Shown one piece after another: positions 32,490 to 45,817 of a stretch of DNA of 64,000 nt. A program made the translations under genes and the position numbers. The stretch comes from Guillardia theta CCMP2712 (lineage: Eukaryota > Protista > Cryptophyta), in contig NW_005434626.1 of assembly GCF_000315625.1 (NCBI RefSeq), positions 445,448 to 509,447 of the forward strand, given 5' to 3'. Positions within the stretch are counted from its first letter, which is position 1, and the number at the start of each line of letters is the position of its first letter. Under the pieces are notes generated by a model. That model was not told the DNA's origin and searched no databases. It worked only from the letters and a program-made list of their open reading frames with translations.

Positions 32490-35365
32490 CTATCTCGTTA
32501 CTATCCCTCGTGCCAGAGGAAAGTCCTCTTCCCCCCCGTTGTTGTTCCCCGCCTCCTGCTCCGCCTTGTGCCGATGCGACTTGCGAGAGCTGCATGCTGT
32601 ACATCACCAAGAGCAAAAGGAGTCGGGGAAGTAGAAGCAGGAGCAGGAAGGGTGTGGGGTCAGGAAAGGTAGGGCGGGGAGACCTGGAAGGACGTCGACC
32701 CAAGGATGACTTGGCGCGAGACTGTGGGCGCTGGGGCTGATCGACCTCGTCCTGACAGACAGACGTCATGGCAGCCTCGGGTCCTCTGCTCACCTCAACC
32801 AAGGCTGAGCCGCCTGAAGTAGGGTAGGAGAAGTACACGTTGGGCATGTTGGGGACTTGCATGCTCGCAGAGTCGTCGTCGTCCTACGATTTGATTAGGA
32901 TTTCCCGTCGGATACGAGGAGGGGGCAATGCAGACCTCTGCTAACTTCTTGCTCTTCTTCTTCTTCTTCTCCTGCAGAGATCGTATCGTGTGCTTCACGT
33001 TGGACCCTGTCAGCTCAGGGAATGGAATCTGCCATGCGTTCTCCTCATCGTCCCTGGGGAGAAGTCAGAAGGTTCCAGGATCGTCGTCAGGAGACCATTC
33101 GCAGAGCGACTCGATCCGCATCCTCTCCTCGTCAGGAATGAAATTTTGAACGATCAAGCTCAGCAGCTGGCATTGGCACCAACTCTCTCAGCTGCTGTTG
33201 ATCTCACACGAACATCTCCTCACCTTGATACTCTGATCGCTCTCCCGGATGGTTTGCAGCAGGTCTTCTCTTTCTATCTGATTTTCTCGTCGCAAGTCTT
33301 CGGCTTCTGCCCTCGCCTGTCCAGCAGTTAGCCCAGCACAGCCTCAGCTCGGGCCCACCTGTTCGTATCTCGTCCAGATCTTCTTGAGCTTCTTGGTTTT
33401 CGCCTGCACCTCCTCTTGGATCGAGGCGTACTTCTCCTCCATCGCCAACGTCTCTTCTTCCTGTCTCAACCTTTACCCACCACCAGCTGCTCCCTCCACC
33501 TCCAACCTGCTCTCGCAGCTGCTCGCTCAACCGCTGCTGCTCCTCTCGCCTCCTTTCCAGTTCCATCTGAGCTCTCGCCAGCTCCTCCTCTCGTCGTCTA
33601 GCTTCCTCGGCGTTGGCAGACCCAACCACCACCTTCTCTTGCATCGCTTGGAGCTTCTCGCACGTCAGGTCAATTGAGCACGAGATGCGACACTCGCCTG
33701 TGCAGCCAGAACTTCTCGCGCATGTCGCTCCTTCGCCAGAGCTTGCTCCTGCCATGGAGAGTCAGAGGGACGAGACGGACATGTCGGTAGGGACGGACCT
33801 TCTTGCGGATCTCTTCTTCCGCTCTGTCTCTTTCCTCTTCGCGAATATCTTCGGCCTGACATCATCTAACGTTTCATTTCTCCTTGACTTCTCTCGTGGC
33901 TCGCGAACCGCTTGCAGAGCAAGTTTCTGCTCCTCGAGCTCGTGATGGATGTTTTCCAGCTGCTTGTTCGACATCTGCTTCACCATCTCCTGTCCAGTGA
34001 ACTGAGGGGCAGGGTCAGGCCTCTAGCTCCCTCCTCCGACTCATCCAGCACCCCCTGCACTCCTCGGACTTCCGGGTCGTTCTGTTGCGACTCAAGCATG
34101 GACTTGAGTCTTGCGATCTCTTCCTGCAAGCGTGCGTCATCCCTCGCTGCCCCCTGCTTGCTCGGAGAGTCGAACCTGAAACTCGCGCAGCATCGTGTCC
34201 TTGGGGTCTTCGTTGATCTTGGGCTTGTTCTTGATGTTCTTGGCTCTGTTGGCGTACCTGTAGGAGAAGCAGCAGCATCAGGACGGCGAGCAGGAGGAGC
34301 CTCGCGCATCGACCGCAATGTCGAGATGGTCTCGTCGTAGTTGTAGTCCGCAGGGCCGATGTTTGCCACCATGACGGTCTTGGTGTTGCCCCCCAGCGAG
34401 TCTTGGAGCAGGCGAGTGAGCTTCGAGTCGCGGTATGGGATGTGATGAGATTTCGAGTCGACAAGCGCTGAGATGACGTTGCCAAGAGCGGACAGTGACA
34501 GGTTGATCTTGGTCGCCTTGATATGACTGTCAAGAGACTGCAAGACCGAGCAAGATAAACGTACCTCCTTCAGTCGGTCTCCAGTCGCTCCCGTCTTGCT
34601 CTGTCGCTCACTTCCTGCCAAGTCCACCAAGTTTAACTTCCCAGCTCGGATGTGCCGGGACCCATCCGAGCCTTCAGCTGAGCTTTCAATAACAATGGTG
34701 AAGATGGAGTGAGAGCGAGAGGAGTCTTGGTTCATCAGCGTCGCTCCCACACTTCTGTTCTTCTTCCCCGCCAGCAGCACATTCTCCATCTCTGTCGCTC
34801 CCTTCACCACGTACGACGTCAAGTCCTTCACGTACACGCCCCTGTCGTTGTCTTCCTTGAGGTCGAGCTTGTTCTTGGGATCCTTCGCCAGCAGGTCTCG
34901 CACCTCCTCGTTGTAGATCTCCAGGAATGATGCGCGCACGAGGAAGTTCTGATCATGAGTATCATCGATCTCCGAGAAGATCCGAGCGAACGATCGTGGG
35001 ATGATTCCTCGCTGCTCCGGCGGGTCCCACAACCCTTCCATCGTGTGCGTCTTTCCCGTCCCGGTCTGCCCGTAGGCGAAGACGGTCCCATTGTATCCTT
35101 GCAGGACCGAGTCGACGATGGGCTGAGCGGTGGTTTGAAACACATGCTCTTGCTCACAGTTGGAGTCGAACACCTGATCGAACGTGAAGGGTTTCGGGGC
35201 TTCTTTGATGTCTGACTCGGGATTCCTGACTGAAACCTCACCAGTGTCGATGTTGATCGACACGATCTGCTGTCTGGTGTCCTCTACCTCTCGCCTCGAC
35301 ATCGGCCTGCATCTTACAACCACCTTAACGCACTCGGGATCCTTCTTGCCTTTCGCGCTGATCAT
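32490..35365 (-). CDS. KIF3B: Kinesin-2 (heterotrimeric kinesin-II) motor subunit, KIF3B/FLA8-like
   Basis: [17 protein letters not shown] (P-loop), [35 protein letters not shown], coiled-coil stalk. Tail PNVYFSY and terminal [12 protein letters not shown] typical of kinesin-2. Confidence 0.92.
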
Positions 35366-36746
35366 CCTTCAAACATTAGACGTCAGAAGCGGCTCATCAA
35401 GCACACAGACTGTGATGTCAACCCTGAAGTTCACTCCTCTCAAACGTTCCCATCATCTTCATCGCACCCTACGAGCTTATCACCTTCTTCCACATACATA
35501 TATGCACAAATTGAAATTCAGACATGTTTGCTGCTCCTGCAGTCAGTTGTAGAAAATCATTCTGATCCTCAACACTTATCCTCCACTCATGATCGCACAC
35601 AAGAAACCCCTATGATTCGCCTCTTATCTAGATCATGATTCGAATTCCGTTTACTTGACAAATAGATTCCACTTTCTCGGAGCTCCCTCCCTCCCTCCCT
35701 CCCTCCCTCAGTATCATGTCCCCTTCACTATTCCCTCCTTCTTTTCTGCCTCCAGGCCCTCCCCATTGATCTGTACCTCTTAACCTCCCTGTTGTTTCCG
35801 CTCTCCCTGCCTCCATCCATCATACCTTTTCTCCTGACGAGTCTACCTTGGACTCTCGACCTCTCCCTCACTCTACTGCTCTCTGCTGCTCCTCTCTGCT
35901 CTCTTCTGCTCCTAGTGCCTCTGCTCTCTCAGGCTGCTCCTCGCCTCTGCTCTCAATCTCTTCTTCTTTCCCTCTTCGCTCGCTTCCTTCATCTTCCATA
36001 CTCTCCCGCCATGTCAGGGTCGTTCAAAGTTTTACTGCCGGCTGCGGGCCTACTCCTCCTCCTCTCCTAGTCTTATACTTCTGTCCCTCTTATTGCGGGG
36101 GCCTAGTCCCGAGGCGGGCCTAGTCACTCCCGGGGGGGCCGGGTCACTGCAGTGCCGGACTCGGACGGTAGAACTTCGAAAAGTCACCACGGCTCGGTCA
36201 CGTTCAAGAAGTTCCCAAGTTCCCGGCCGTCAGAACGTACAATTCAACAGCACTGCCCCGCCTGGGGGTCACTGGGTCCGACTGGAGTCCCAGCTCCGGC
36301 GAGGGCCCGGCCGCCGGCGCGGCGCGGCGCCGCCGCCGGGAGTGACTCACAGGCCGCGACCTGGCCACTGGCATCTGATCATCGGGGGCCGTACCCGGTC
36401 GGACAAGTTGCAAGTTGCCGCCATGCGGCCGTTTTACCGTCAAAGTTAGTACCTGGCCCGTCCGATCGGTCGGACCGGCTAGTACTTGCGGCCCACGGTG
36501 CCGCCTCCGAACAGCTGCCCCCCGCGTGCCGCAGTGCTGGCCCCGGACGGGCTGACTCGCCGCCGTGACGGTCCAGGCGGCAGTGTCCCGAGCCGCCGCC
36601 CGGGGGCCCTCTCAGCCTCGGCAGAGTCTAGACACTGCCGGGTCTGAGACAGAAGAGTCACGGTCGGCGAGGCTCGATCTAGACAGCCTCGGAGTCTAGA
36701 GTGGCGACTGGGAGTGAGCGGGGAGGAGGAGGCAAGGGACACAGAT

Positions 36747-39700
36747 ATGGCAGGAAGTGGAGGAGGGATATGGGCGGGGGTGGAGGTGGGGGACGCGATA
36801 TGGCTGGGACGAAGGCGACGATGGGGAAAAGCGCAGTGGAGCAAGGGAGGGAACCTGCTGTTTGTGAATGCTACTGGAAGGGTGGGGGAGCTTTCTTGCT
36901 CCGAAGGATCGCCCGAGGGGAGGGGTGCTAACAACAAGACTGAGGAGCAATGGATGTTTGCAGGAGAGCGAGGGAGCAGGATAAAGTTTGTAAAGGATGT
37001 GATGCCAGGAGTCGGTGTCAGGAGACTTGGAAGGAAATTGAAGAAATCGATTGCTATCGGGTTCTCACGGGATGGAAATTTTGTTTGTGCTGTGCTAGAA
37101 AATTTGCGACTGGTGCTTTGGGAACGGGAAACGGGAGAGAGATTCCTCCTCACTCCCCCTCTTGCAGGAGGACGAGATGGTCCCCTCCTTGACATAAGAG
37201 TCAGTGTATCCAACGATGGAAGAAGTGTGGCACTGCACGCATGCCCACACGGCAGCGACAGGTTGCGGAGGAGGAGTTCCCCGCCAGTTTGGATCTTCGT
37301 GAGAGATGAGAAGCAACGAGACTCGACCCATGTCAAAGAAGAGCAGCAAGACGATGAAAACTTGTTGCATGAGCCCTCGTGCAAGCCCGGGCGACTGCTG
37401 GGATCTTGGGTCATGTTGAGCACTGACAGTTTTAAAGATCAGATCGAGCATGTTCTCTTCGACTTGTTCGACTTGAGCTCCTTCGATGCGGAGAGCCTCG
37501 TGCGAGGCTGGAACGTCTGTCAAGTCTCCTTGACCTGCCATCGATTTGAGTTCGTTCGCAACATGGTCGAACAGGAGGATGCTCTCAGGGATTCGCCGAC
37601 TCAGAGGGAATGCGCTGATGAAATGTTGTGCAAGCTGAGATTGAAGGGCTCGAGGTTTGTGTGGATGGACTGGAGTCTTGTTGATGGTTCAGAGATAGAT
37701 GAGGTGAGACAAATCTTGTGTCTTGTAGATGTTTCTGACTTTGAGCTGTCAGAGCAAACGAGAGGATTTCAACCTGGAGTTGGATGTCTTGCTCAATCGC
37801 TCCAATGTGATCAAGCAACATTTGCAACACAGACACGATCGCGGCAAACACTCGCCCTGGGGGCAGAAGAGCATGCAGGAGGTTGTAAAGGTCATGACAG
37901 GGGGGGAGGATAGCCATGAGGGAGGTCACAAGAAGGATGATGCTCAAGCAGGTCCAGCGCATGTCAGGCCCCTCATCCTCCGATGGGACCCTACGGGGTG
38001 GAGGGCAGCGATAGTGATGAACATGTACAGTGATGGAGAAGCAGACCCTCTGATCCTCTTGGTCTCTCGTGCCGGCAGAAAGTTGAAGCTCGACCGGTCG
38101 ATCCCACCAGACTCTCTGTTGGAACCGAACCGATCGGCCATCGCCGATGTTGCATGGAGCAAGAGTGGGATATTTCTCCTCCTCATCACGGTAGACGCCA
38201 GGATCTTTGTTCTCTCTAGAGATGGTCAGCCTGTGCAGATCGTCTGTCAAAGGCATCCTGCCCTACATCCCTCCGCGCGCAACCGCATGGAGAGCTGCAA
38301 TGCCCTGATGGAGAGGAGGGCGATGAATGTGAACTCTCCCTGGGGAACTATGGCGAAGGATCATCACAGGGAGCGGCAAGGGACTTACATTCTTGATCTT
38401 TCCTCCTCCTTCAAGAGCAGCTCCTTCTGGGGTTCGCACCTGGCTGCCATGATCTATTCGCATCCACAGGATACTGGCCTTTCCCTGTGCTCGCACAGCT
38501 CTCTCCCGTACCTTTGCATCACAGACGGGTTTCAGCTGATCGTTGTAAAGCTCTCTGAGTCTTCTACTGAGACGATCTTGTCAGGGATCTTGGAAGAAAG
38601 CGTCTTCCTCGAGAGGATGTTCGCTCACGACGCCTCCCTCTCAGCCCTCTCCTTCTTCCTCAGTTTTCCTAGGTCTCATCTCCGACCCGGAGATTTTATG
38701 CAGATGCGCAAGTGTATCCGATTACTCGCATCGAACTTGAAGAATTCGAGTGAAAGTCTTGACGAGGAATCCCTCGCGTACGCTGGCAAGTTGCTCTTCT
38801 CAGCTGTCGATCTCATCCTGCGCAGTCTGAGAGAGAGCAAGCAAGTTCTGTCTGGTTCCAACGTGCCTCAAGGTTGCTGCGTTGAGCCGCCGAAGGAGGT
38901 GGTAGGCAGCGATGCTGAGCTGTTAGAGAAGAAGATCAAACCTTGTGTCTCCTCCACCAACTCCTTCCATGTTGTCACCATCCCGCCGTCGGACGAGGAC
39001 ACTGAGACGCAGGACAGTAACACAGAGAGCCCTATCAACGTCCTCAAGCCTGCCGCTGATGTTGGAGAAGACAACTTGCAGACGGGCCAGCAGCATGAGA
39101 GTGAAAGCTCGTCCCTCCTCCAGTCAGAGACCAGGAGGCTGCAGCACACGACAGCTGGACAAGCGCGTATTGCCTTGTTCCAACAACTCCTCGTCGTCGG
39201 CAAGTTCCGGGAGGCCATGATCATGTTGGTCCTGCTGGGGAAGTTCTGTGTGGTGAGAGCACACAAGCAGGTGAGGTTTGCTGTTCCTCAAGCGTCCTTG
39301 ACTTGTTGCTAGGCGGCTCTCTGGTTGCGGTTGGCGGCTGCGGTCCATCGCGTCTTGGCAGTCGAGGAGCAGACGAACCAGCACGAGGCTACAGACGAGC
39401 GCCAAGTGCTGAGGAGCATCTGCCTTGTTGCCATGGCGAAAGCTTCGAAGATGGAGGAAGGAGGTCTCGCTCGGGAGGCTGGTGGGGGACAGAACCAGCT
39501 GACTCCGTCGATCAACCATGCGGGTAAGAGGATCGAGCGACTGGTCCATGGCGGCGGCACCAAGATGAAGAAGGTGGCGAGTAGCGACGCACAGACTTCA
39601 TGCCTGGAGCGGATGCTCTCTCCTTCCCGCAGGAATAACCGCTTCTCTTCTCGACGTGGGGGAGATCCCAGCAACGTGCGGAGCAGCTCAGAGCCTCCGC

Positions 39701-40191
39701 GGAGGGCCGTGCTGGGAGGAAGCGAATACTCTGTACGAGGACACGGACTCAGCAGCCTCACGCCCCAAGTCAGCAGGAACAGAGCAGGTGGAGATCATCT
39801 CGATGGCGGGGAAGAGACGTACCGCAGTCGCTCCATCGATGTCAGTCGGATGTGCTGCAGGAGGAAGAGTGAGGAAGTACCGGAAGCAACCAACGAGCCA
39901 TCGGACACGAGCTGCTTGGACGTGGACGGCACCTCTCCGCAGGTCGGGGTCAGTCCGTCTCATCAGCAGCAGTCAGCGTCTCCGAGCTGGCGAACTCCGA
40001 GCCGAGACGCTTCACTCCAGGAGAAAAAGGATAGCCTTGCAGCTCGCCGGCCTCTGTTTGCCTTCGACACAGAGTCAGCGCTACTGGTGGGACGAGCTTC
40101 TCAGCTATTAGACGAAAGCTGCACGTCGGAAGAGAACATGACGCCAGCCAAGAGCTCGACACATGCTGAGTACGATAGTCCTTGGACGTGA
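36747..40191 (+). CDS. CPLANE1: CPLANE1/JBTS17(C5orf42)-like beta-propeller ciliogenesis protein; introns near 37703 and 39271; 3' end uncertain
   Basis: Segments IGFSRDGNFVCAVLENLRLVLWERE, DVAWSKSGIFLLLITVDARIFVLSRDGQ and LSLCSHSSLPYLCITDGFQLIVVKL resemble, in order, remembered conserved blocks of the CPLANE1 N-terminus (e.g. ..H..LPYL.I.DG). Confidence 0.6.
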
Positions 40192-42785
40192 GCCTGCCTG
40201 TCTTGTTGGCAGGGGCACCATCGCCGCGCCAAACCCCGCCAGTTTCAGACATTTATTGATCTCAAATTCCATGGGGAAAAATTCCACATTCTTACGAGAT
40301 GACGTAGATAGGAACGGCAGAGTCGATGGTGACAGGGGTGTACTGCATTGAACAGCATCAAGACAAGTGATAGGAATGGCGAAAACAAAGACAGAAAGAA
40401 GGTACCGTGTCAACGTAGTAGACAGGAGAGACGTAGTAGACTGGGACGGCCTCGACCTCCGGCACTACCACCTGATCGAGGTGGTGGGAAAGTGAAAGGA
40501 AGATCAAAGAAATTCGGGCAAAGCAAGAAAGCAAAAACAGAAGTGGAAGGCTGGGGAGGACGACAAAGAAGGGTACGGCATGCTTACCTCGCTGCTTGAT
40601 GGGTAAGTGATAGTGATGGTAGTCTCAGTGTCAACTGTATAGCGAGTCAATGTCAAATTTGGTAATAGATTGAAGTGTTCAATATAATCGATATGATTCA
40701 AATATGAATGAAATTGACTATGAAAAGGAACGAAGTAAACAGAGTGAGGGATGGAGATAGTTCATGGCATATAACCCCATCAAAAATCTCATTAAAAAAT
40801 TCTGCGAGCCCCATACGAACAAAAACACAACTGAACTGATCGCAATAAATCTAACATTTTTTTTCAACTGCTGGCCAGTCCTCTGATGATATGAAATCGC
40901 AGTTTCTGCCAACGGATAGATCTGTCTTGTTCGAGTTCCACTGATATATCGAAAACATGAACGTACAATGCTGATAAGCGATACATGATGACGATAGCAC
41001 ACTTAGTATGAAGGTATGCAACGTCTTTCTACATGTCTCACAAAAGTTGACAACACAAGATAACCATTCCAACCTGAAATATTTCACCTCTCCTGTTTCA
41101 GCCATTGCCTCCATTTCTCGTCACATTATTCTTGCATTCAGTTCACCTCTATCAACCCGCACGACAAGCAATCGCTTGCAAGCACTAACATCCAAAGATC
41201 ACATGTGAACTAGTCTTTGCCCTTCACGTCGCTTCCCCTCTCGCCCGTTCTGCTTGCCCCCTCCTGTCCTTCCCTCTAGCAAATGCATCTAACGTCTGAT
41301 TTCTTCTCGCTTCTGCTCTTTCTCCTCTCCTCTCTCCTTCACTCACGTGATGTAAGCGCATGAGCGCGGCGGATGTCGGCGAACATTGTCCGTGGGCAAA
41401 GCTATCCACCGGCCGCTACAGGGTAGGGGTAATGGACGGTGGGGTAAGGGGTGGAAACAAGATTTTTTTATGGTTGCAGCGAGGATTTTTAATAGTATTG
41501 CTTCAATAAAAATTACATTACATCAGTACCATGACTAATGCTCTCGAACAAAGTACGGTAGGGGTAGTATCAAGTGGAACCGAGTGGTGGGGGTGATCTA
41601 TTTTCGGGCTCGGGAGCATAGGTATCATAGACCATTCCGAAGTGAGCTTTCGAGTTGATTGATGGTCATTTGAGTAGGGTGGGGGTATATACCCCTACCC
41701 CTTCATTGTTGTAATTATGGTAGGAAAATAGTAGGTATCAGTTGTAATAAACCCCGTGTTGTACGTTTCTGCCATTGCAAGCCGGAACTTGGGAACGCAA
41801 GGAAAGAGGAGGAGCAAGAATCAGTAGAAGCAAGACCACAACAGAGTATCATCGACAGCAAGCACAAGAGCATCCATCAGTGCTGAAAGGAACACAGCTA
41901 GGAAGGATTCTCCCGTCCGCATTGAGGCCATACGAAATAAAGCGAGAAGGGTGGACTGTGACGATTCAAGCGATATCTCTAGAGCATCTCAGTTCACAGA
42001 GAGCTTGAAATCTTCCTGAAACAATACAGTGTGCAAACTGAAGTTGAAGTTGAGGGATCGCCAGGCCTTGCCTTGCTCTCCAACTGCTCGTCGAGAAAGG
42101 CATAGAACCTTAGCTGAAAAAGTTGATTTGATTGGCATCGCTGGCTTGATCTTGTGAAATGTTTTCTGATCTCCTGAATTTCCATGGGGAGAGCAAATCT
42201 CTGCGTACATATTCCATCCTTGCACAGAGTGGCATGAGTCTGAGTGACAAGTCTCTGGACAACAGGCAAGTTTTTTATTTGAGCTTGTCATGTTTCATTG
42301 GGTATATCTGATTCTTCTTGCACATCAGTGGGGCGAGCGCGAACATAGATGGATCCCATCCTTGTCAATGCAGCAGAACATGTGATTCCTTGGGGCGGTG
42401 TCATGCCATTTGCGCTTGTTCAGTTCTGAAATCATCAAAGGCTTTTTTGCCTTAGTGGAACATGTTGAACTGTATATCTGTTCGTAACGTCAAAATTGAT
42501 GACTGTGTTCAAGAGACTCGTTAAGTTAGGGGAAATTGTTAAGAATAATTAATGAAGCTTACAGGAGAAAAGACAATGTTTTTGGAATGCCGAGTGAAAC
42601 TCAAAAATTATTACGTTGTTGTAAAAATTCTTCCTTCATAGTTGAAAGCACACTCTTAGAAGAACATCGGAATAGGCATCGTGTACTGATTCGATGAGCA
42701 AGACAATAGGGAAATCGCTTGTTCTGCCGTCAAGTGGCAATACAACAACTTTGGAGGAACTGACAAGTTGTCATACTTCATATAT

Positions 42786-43451
42786 TCAAAGAAATCGATA
42801 GTTGTCCGTCACAATGTAGTACGACCCACTCGCAGTGTCTTTTCCAAGGATCTGTTTGCATTCACGTCAAACAATCCACCGAACAGCAGAAGCAGAACAC
42901 TCACAAAGGACTGACAGAAAGTTTTCGAATCGGGCGGCTGATTGCACTTGTTAGGAGGAAATATGTCAAGGGGGAAGAGAATATTACAGGCTTTGCTTCC
43001 AAGTGTCCATATCGCACAAACCCCATTACCGACACAAGGATCATGGGGTCAGGCGGTTCTTGCCCTGGGATAGTCACTGCAAGCTCATCAGGATTGGATC
43101 GATCCAAACAACACAAGATAGCATACGACAGTATATCAAAGTCATTAGAACCTGGAGATGCGATCGGTTGACAATCGAGGGAGAATGGCTCGTGCTTACT
43201 GGCTGGCAGGTCGCTGAAAAAGCGATCTACCGCCATCTTTCCATTCAGCGTATTGCCATTCCAAACAACCTGGAAATCATTTGCGTCCGCGTCAAGATCA
43301 TCACAGGATTTCATTTTTCAGCTTAGAGTTTTACCTTCGAAGCTTCATGATACAAATGCTTCAGATTCTGACGGGCAGTATCAAGATAAGAGTAATAGTG
43401 CTTGAAGAACTGCTCTCCTCCTTCCGTCGTGATCTGAACGGTGTCGCCCAT
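42786..43451 (-). CDS. NXT1: NTF2-related export protein (NXT1/p15)
   Basis: GEQFFKHYYSYLDTARQNLKHLY, VVWNGN, LPASKHEPFSLDCQPI, ILVSVMGFVRY. Terminal YYIVTDNYRFL*. Confidence 0.8.
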
Positions 43452-43830
43452 GGCTTCAAGTCCTCTGATCAGCCTTGAGGAGCGAGTATCCTCCCTCCAA
43501 TTCTCTCTTCTCTCTCTCTCTTCTCTCTTCTCTCTTCTCTTCTTTCTTCTCCGCCTCCTCAATGCTTCTTCATGCACGCGCCATAATTGCCATGATGAAA
43601 ATTTGCCCCCCTCATCCCCACCACAACCTGATCTGAGGCGGATTCACTTCTGGTTAGGTTGGCTCATAACCTGATGAAAGAGGGTGCACGTGAAATGGCG
43701 AACGGGAAGGCGCCGGCTTGAGGGAGGAGGAGGAGGAGGAAGCTTGGGTTGAAAGCACAGCCTAAGTTCACGCGCTGACACGGTTGTGAGAGTAGATGTG
43801 GTGAAGGGGAGGAGCCAAAGAGCGTGCAGG

Positions 43831-45677
43831 ATGACGCACAGGAATTCTATGTTTGACTTGCTCCGAGGAGGATTAAAATTCGACAGGAAGCTTAACAAAG
43901 ATGCATCAAGGCTTGACAAGGACAGGAATAGCAGAAGCGACACAAACGCAAAGCTCCCTCACACAATCTCGTTTTTCTCCAATCAAGGGAGCGCTCTGCC
44001 CTCCAAAAGGAAGGAGCGTGATGACGACGAAGAAGAGGCAGATGAAGACGAACTAGAAACAGGAGCGCAAGACTTGAGCTCTATGAGGCATTCGGATGAA
44101 GAGGACAGCCAGATATCAGAGGAGGAAGGAGACGATGATAGTGGAACTGGCGAGGGAGTGAAGCTGTTCGCCGGGGCAGCGAATCCTGTCAGGGAAGCGA
44201 AGAAACATAAGCCGCATGCGAGAGGGAAGATGACGGAGGAGAAAGACAATCAGGTAGCAGACGAGATCAAAACTTTTCGTAGGCAGATGGGAATCACCGT
44301 GAGTGGCGATGAGATCGCTCCTCCTATCGGCACCTTCAGTGAGATCAAACTGAGCAAGGAGCAGAAATGGCTCCTCCATGGCATTGAGACGGCAGGGTGG
44401 AAGGAGCCGACGCCGATCCAGATGCAGGCGATCCCCATCCTCCTCGAGAGACGCGACCTGGTTGCCTGTGCTCCAACTGGGTCCGGCAAGACAGGAGCCT
44501 TTGTCATCCCGCTCTTTGCGCTGCTTCAGGCGCCCAAGAAGGAGGGGATCCGAGGGCTAATCGTCTCCCCTACCAGGGAGCTCGCGACTCAGATCTTCAA
44601 CCAGTGCAAGCTGCTCAAGGCTTTCTCCAAGCTCCAAGTCAAGCTTCTCACCAAAGCAACCGCTGCTTCCGTGGCAGCCCTTCAGATGGACCCGCAGGCG
44701 CGCAACCATGACGTGGTCGTCTCAACCCCCGCACGCCTTGTCTCTCTGCTCCAGCAGAAGTCCCTTGACCTCAGCTCGGTCGAGCTCCTGATAGTCGACG
44801 AGGCCGACAAGCTCTTCGAGGAAGGCTTCATCACCCAGCTCGACGAGATCCTGGCGGCATGCAGCAACCGCAAGCTGCAGAAGTCTCTCTTCAGCGCCAC
44901 CATCCCCCCGCAGATCGAGGAGCTCGCTCGCAGCATCATGCCTCATCCGACCTTTGTCACGGTTGGCAGCAAGGTGGGAGCAAACTCGAAGATCAAGCAG
45001 AAGCTCGTCTTCGTAGGCTCGGAGGAGGGGAAGCTCATCGCCATCCGTCAGCTCATCCAAACAGGCTTGAAGCCTCCCGTCCTCATGTTCGTGCAGTCCA
45101 TCGATCGAGCGAAGCAGCTCTTCCGCGAGCTGGTGTACGACGGGATCAACGTAGACGTCATGCATGCTGAGCGAACGCAAGCGCAGCGTGACAACATCAT
45201 CTCTCAGTTCCGGTCGGGGGCCATCTGGGTGCTCATCTGCACAGACCTGATGGCGAGAGGCATCGACTTCAAGGGCGTGAACCTCGTCATCAACTACGAC
45301 TTCCCTCAGAGCACCATCAGCTACATCCACAGGATTGGACGAACAGGTCGTGGCGGACGAGAAGGCGAGGCTGTAACGTTCTTCACTGGGGAAGATGTCT
45401 TGTACCTCCGGAGCATCGCGAACGTTATGAAGCAGTCAGGATGCGACGTTGCTGACTGGATGCTCCAGCTCAAGAAGCCGGGCAAGAAGGTCTTGTCTAC
45501 TTGCTGTCTCTCTCCGTCCTCACTGACATGCTTCTATCACAGAAAGCAAAGATGCTCAAGAAGAAGGCTCCTGAGCGCAAGGACATTGTTGAGGTCCCGC
45601 GGTGCTTCAAGCAGCAAAGAAAGAAGAAACAGCAGATGATTGAAGGGACGAAGAAGAAGAAACAGGATCAGGACTAG
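43831..45677 (+). CDS. DDX52: DEAD-box RNA helicase DDX52/ROK1
   Basis: PTPIQMQAIP, APTGSGKT, PTRELA, DEADKLFE, SAT, KPPVLMFVQSIDRAKQLFRELVYDGINVDVMH, WVLICTDLMARGIDFKGV, HRIGRTGR. Last intron ~45490-45542. Confidence 0.93.
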
Positions 45678-45817
45678 CATCGGTACATTTCCTGTAATAA
45701 ATTCACTGAGAAGCAGCATGCTTGTCGTTGTCGAGTGTGCATTGGCCAAAGTCAAGATTGAAAGTGTGTACGTTCATGTGATAGGCCTATAGAAGGGAGA
45801 TAATTGTTACATGTCCA

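Noticed and set aside
40660-42500. Cys-containing short ORFs (FCETCRKTL; CCPETCHSDSCH)
   Set aside because: No complete zinc-finger pattern or consistent splice model.
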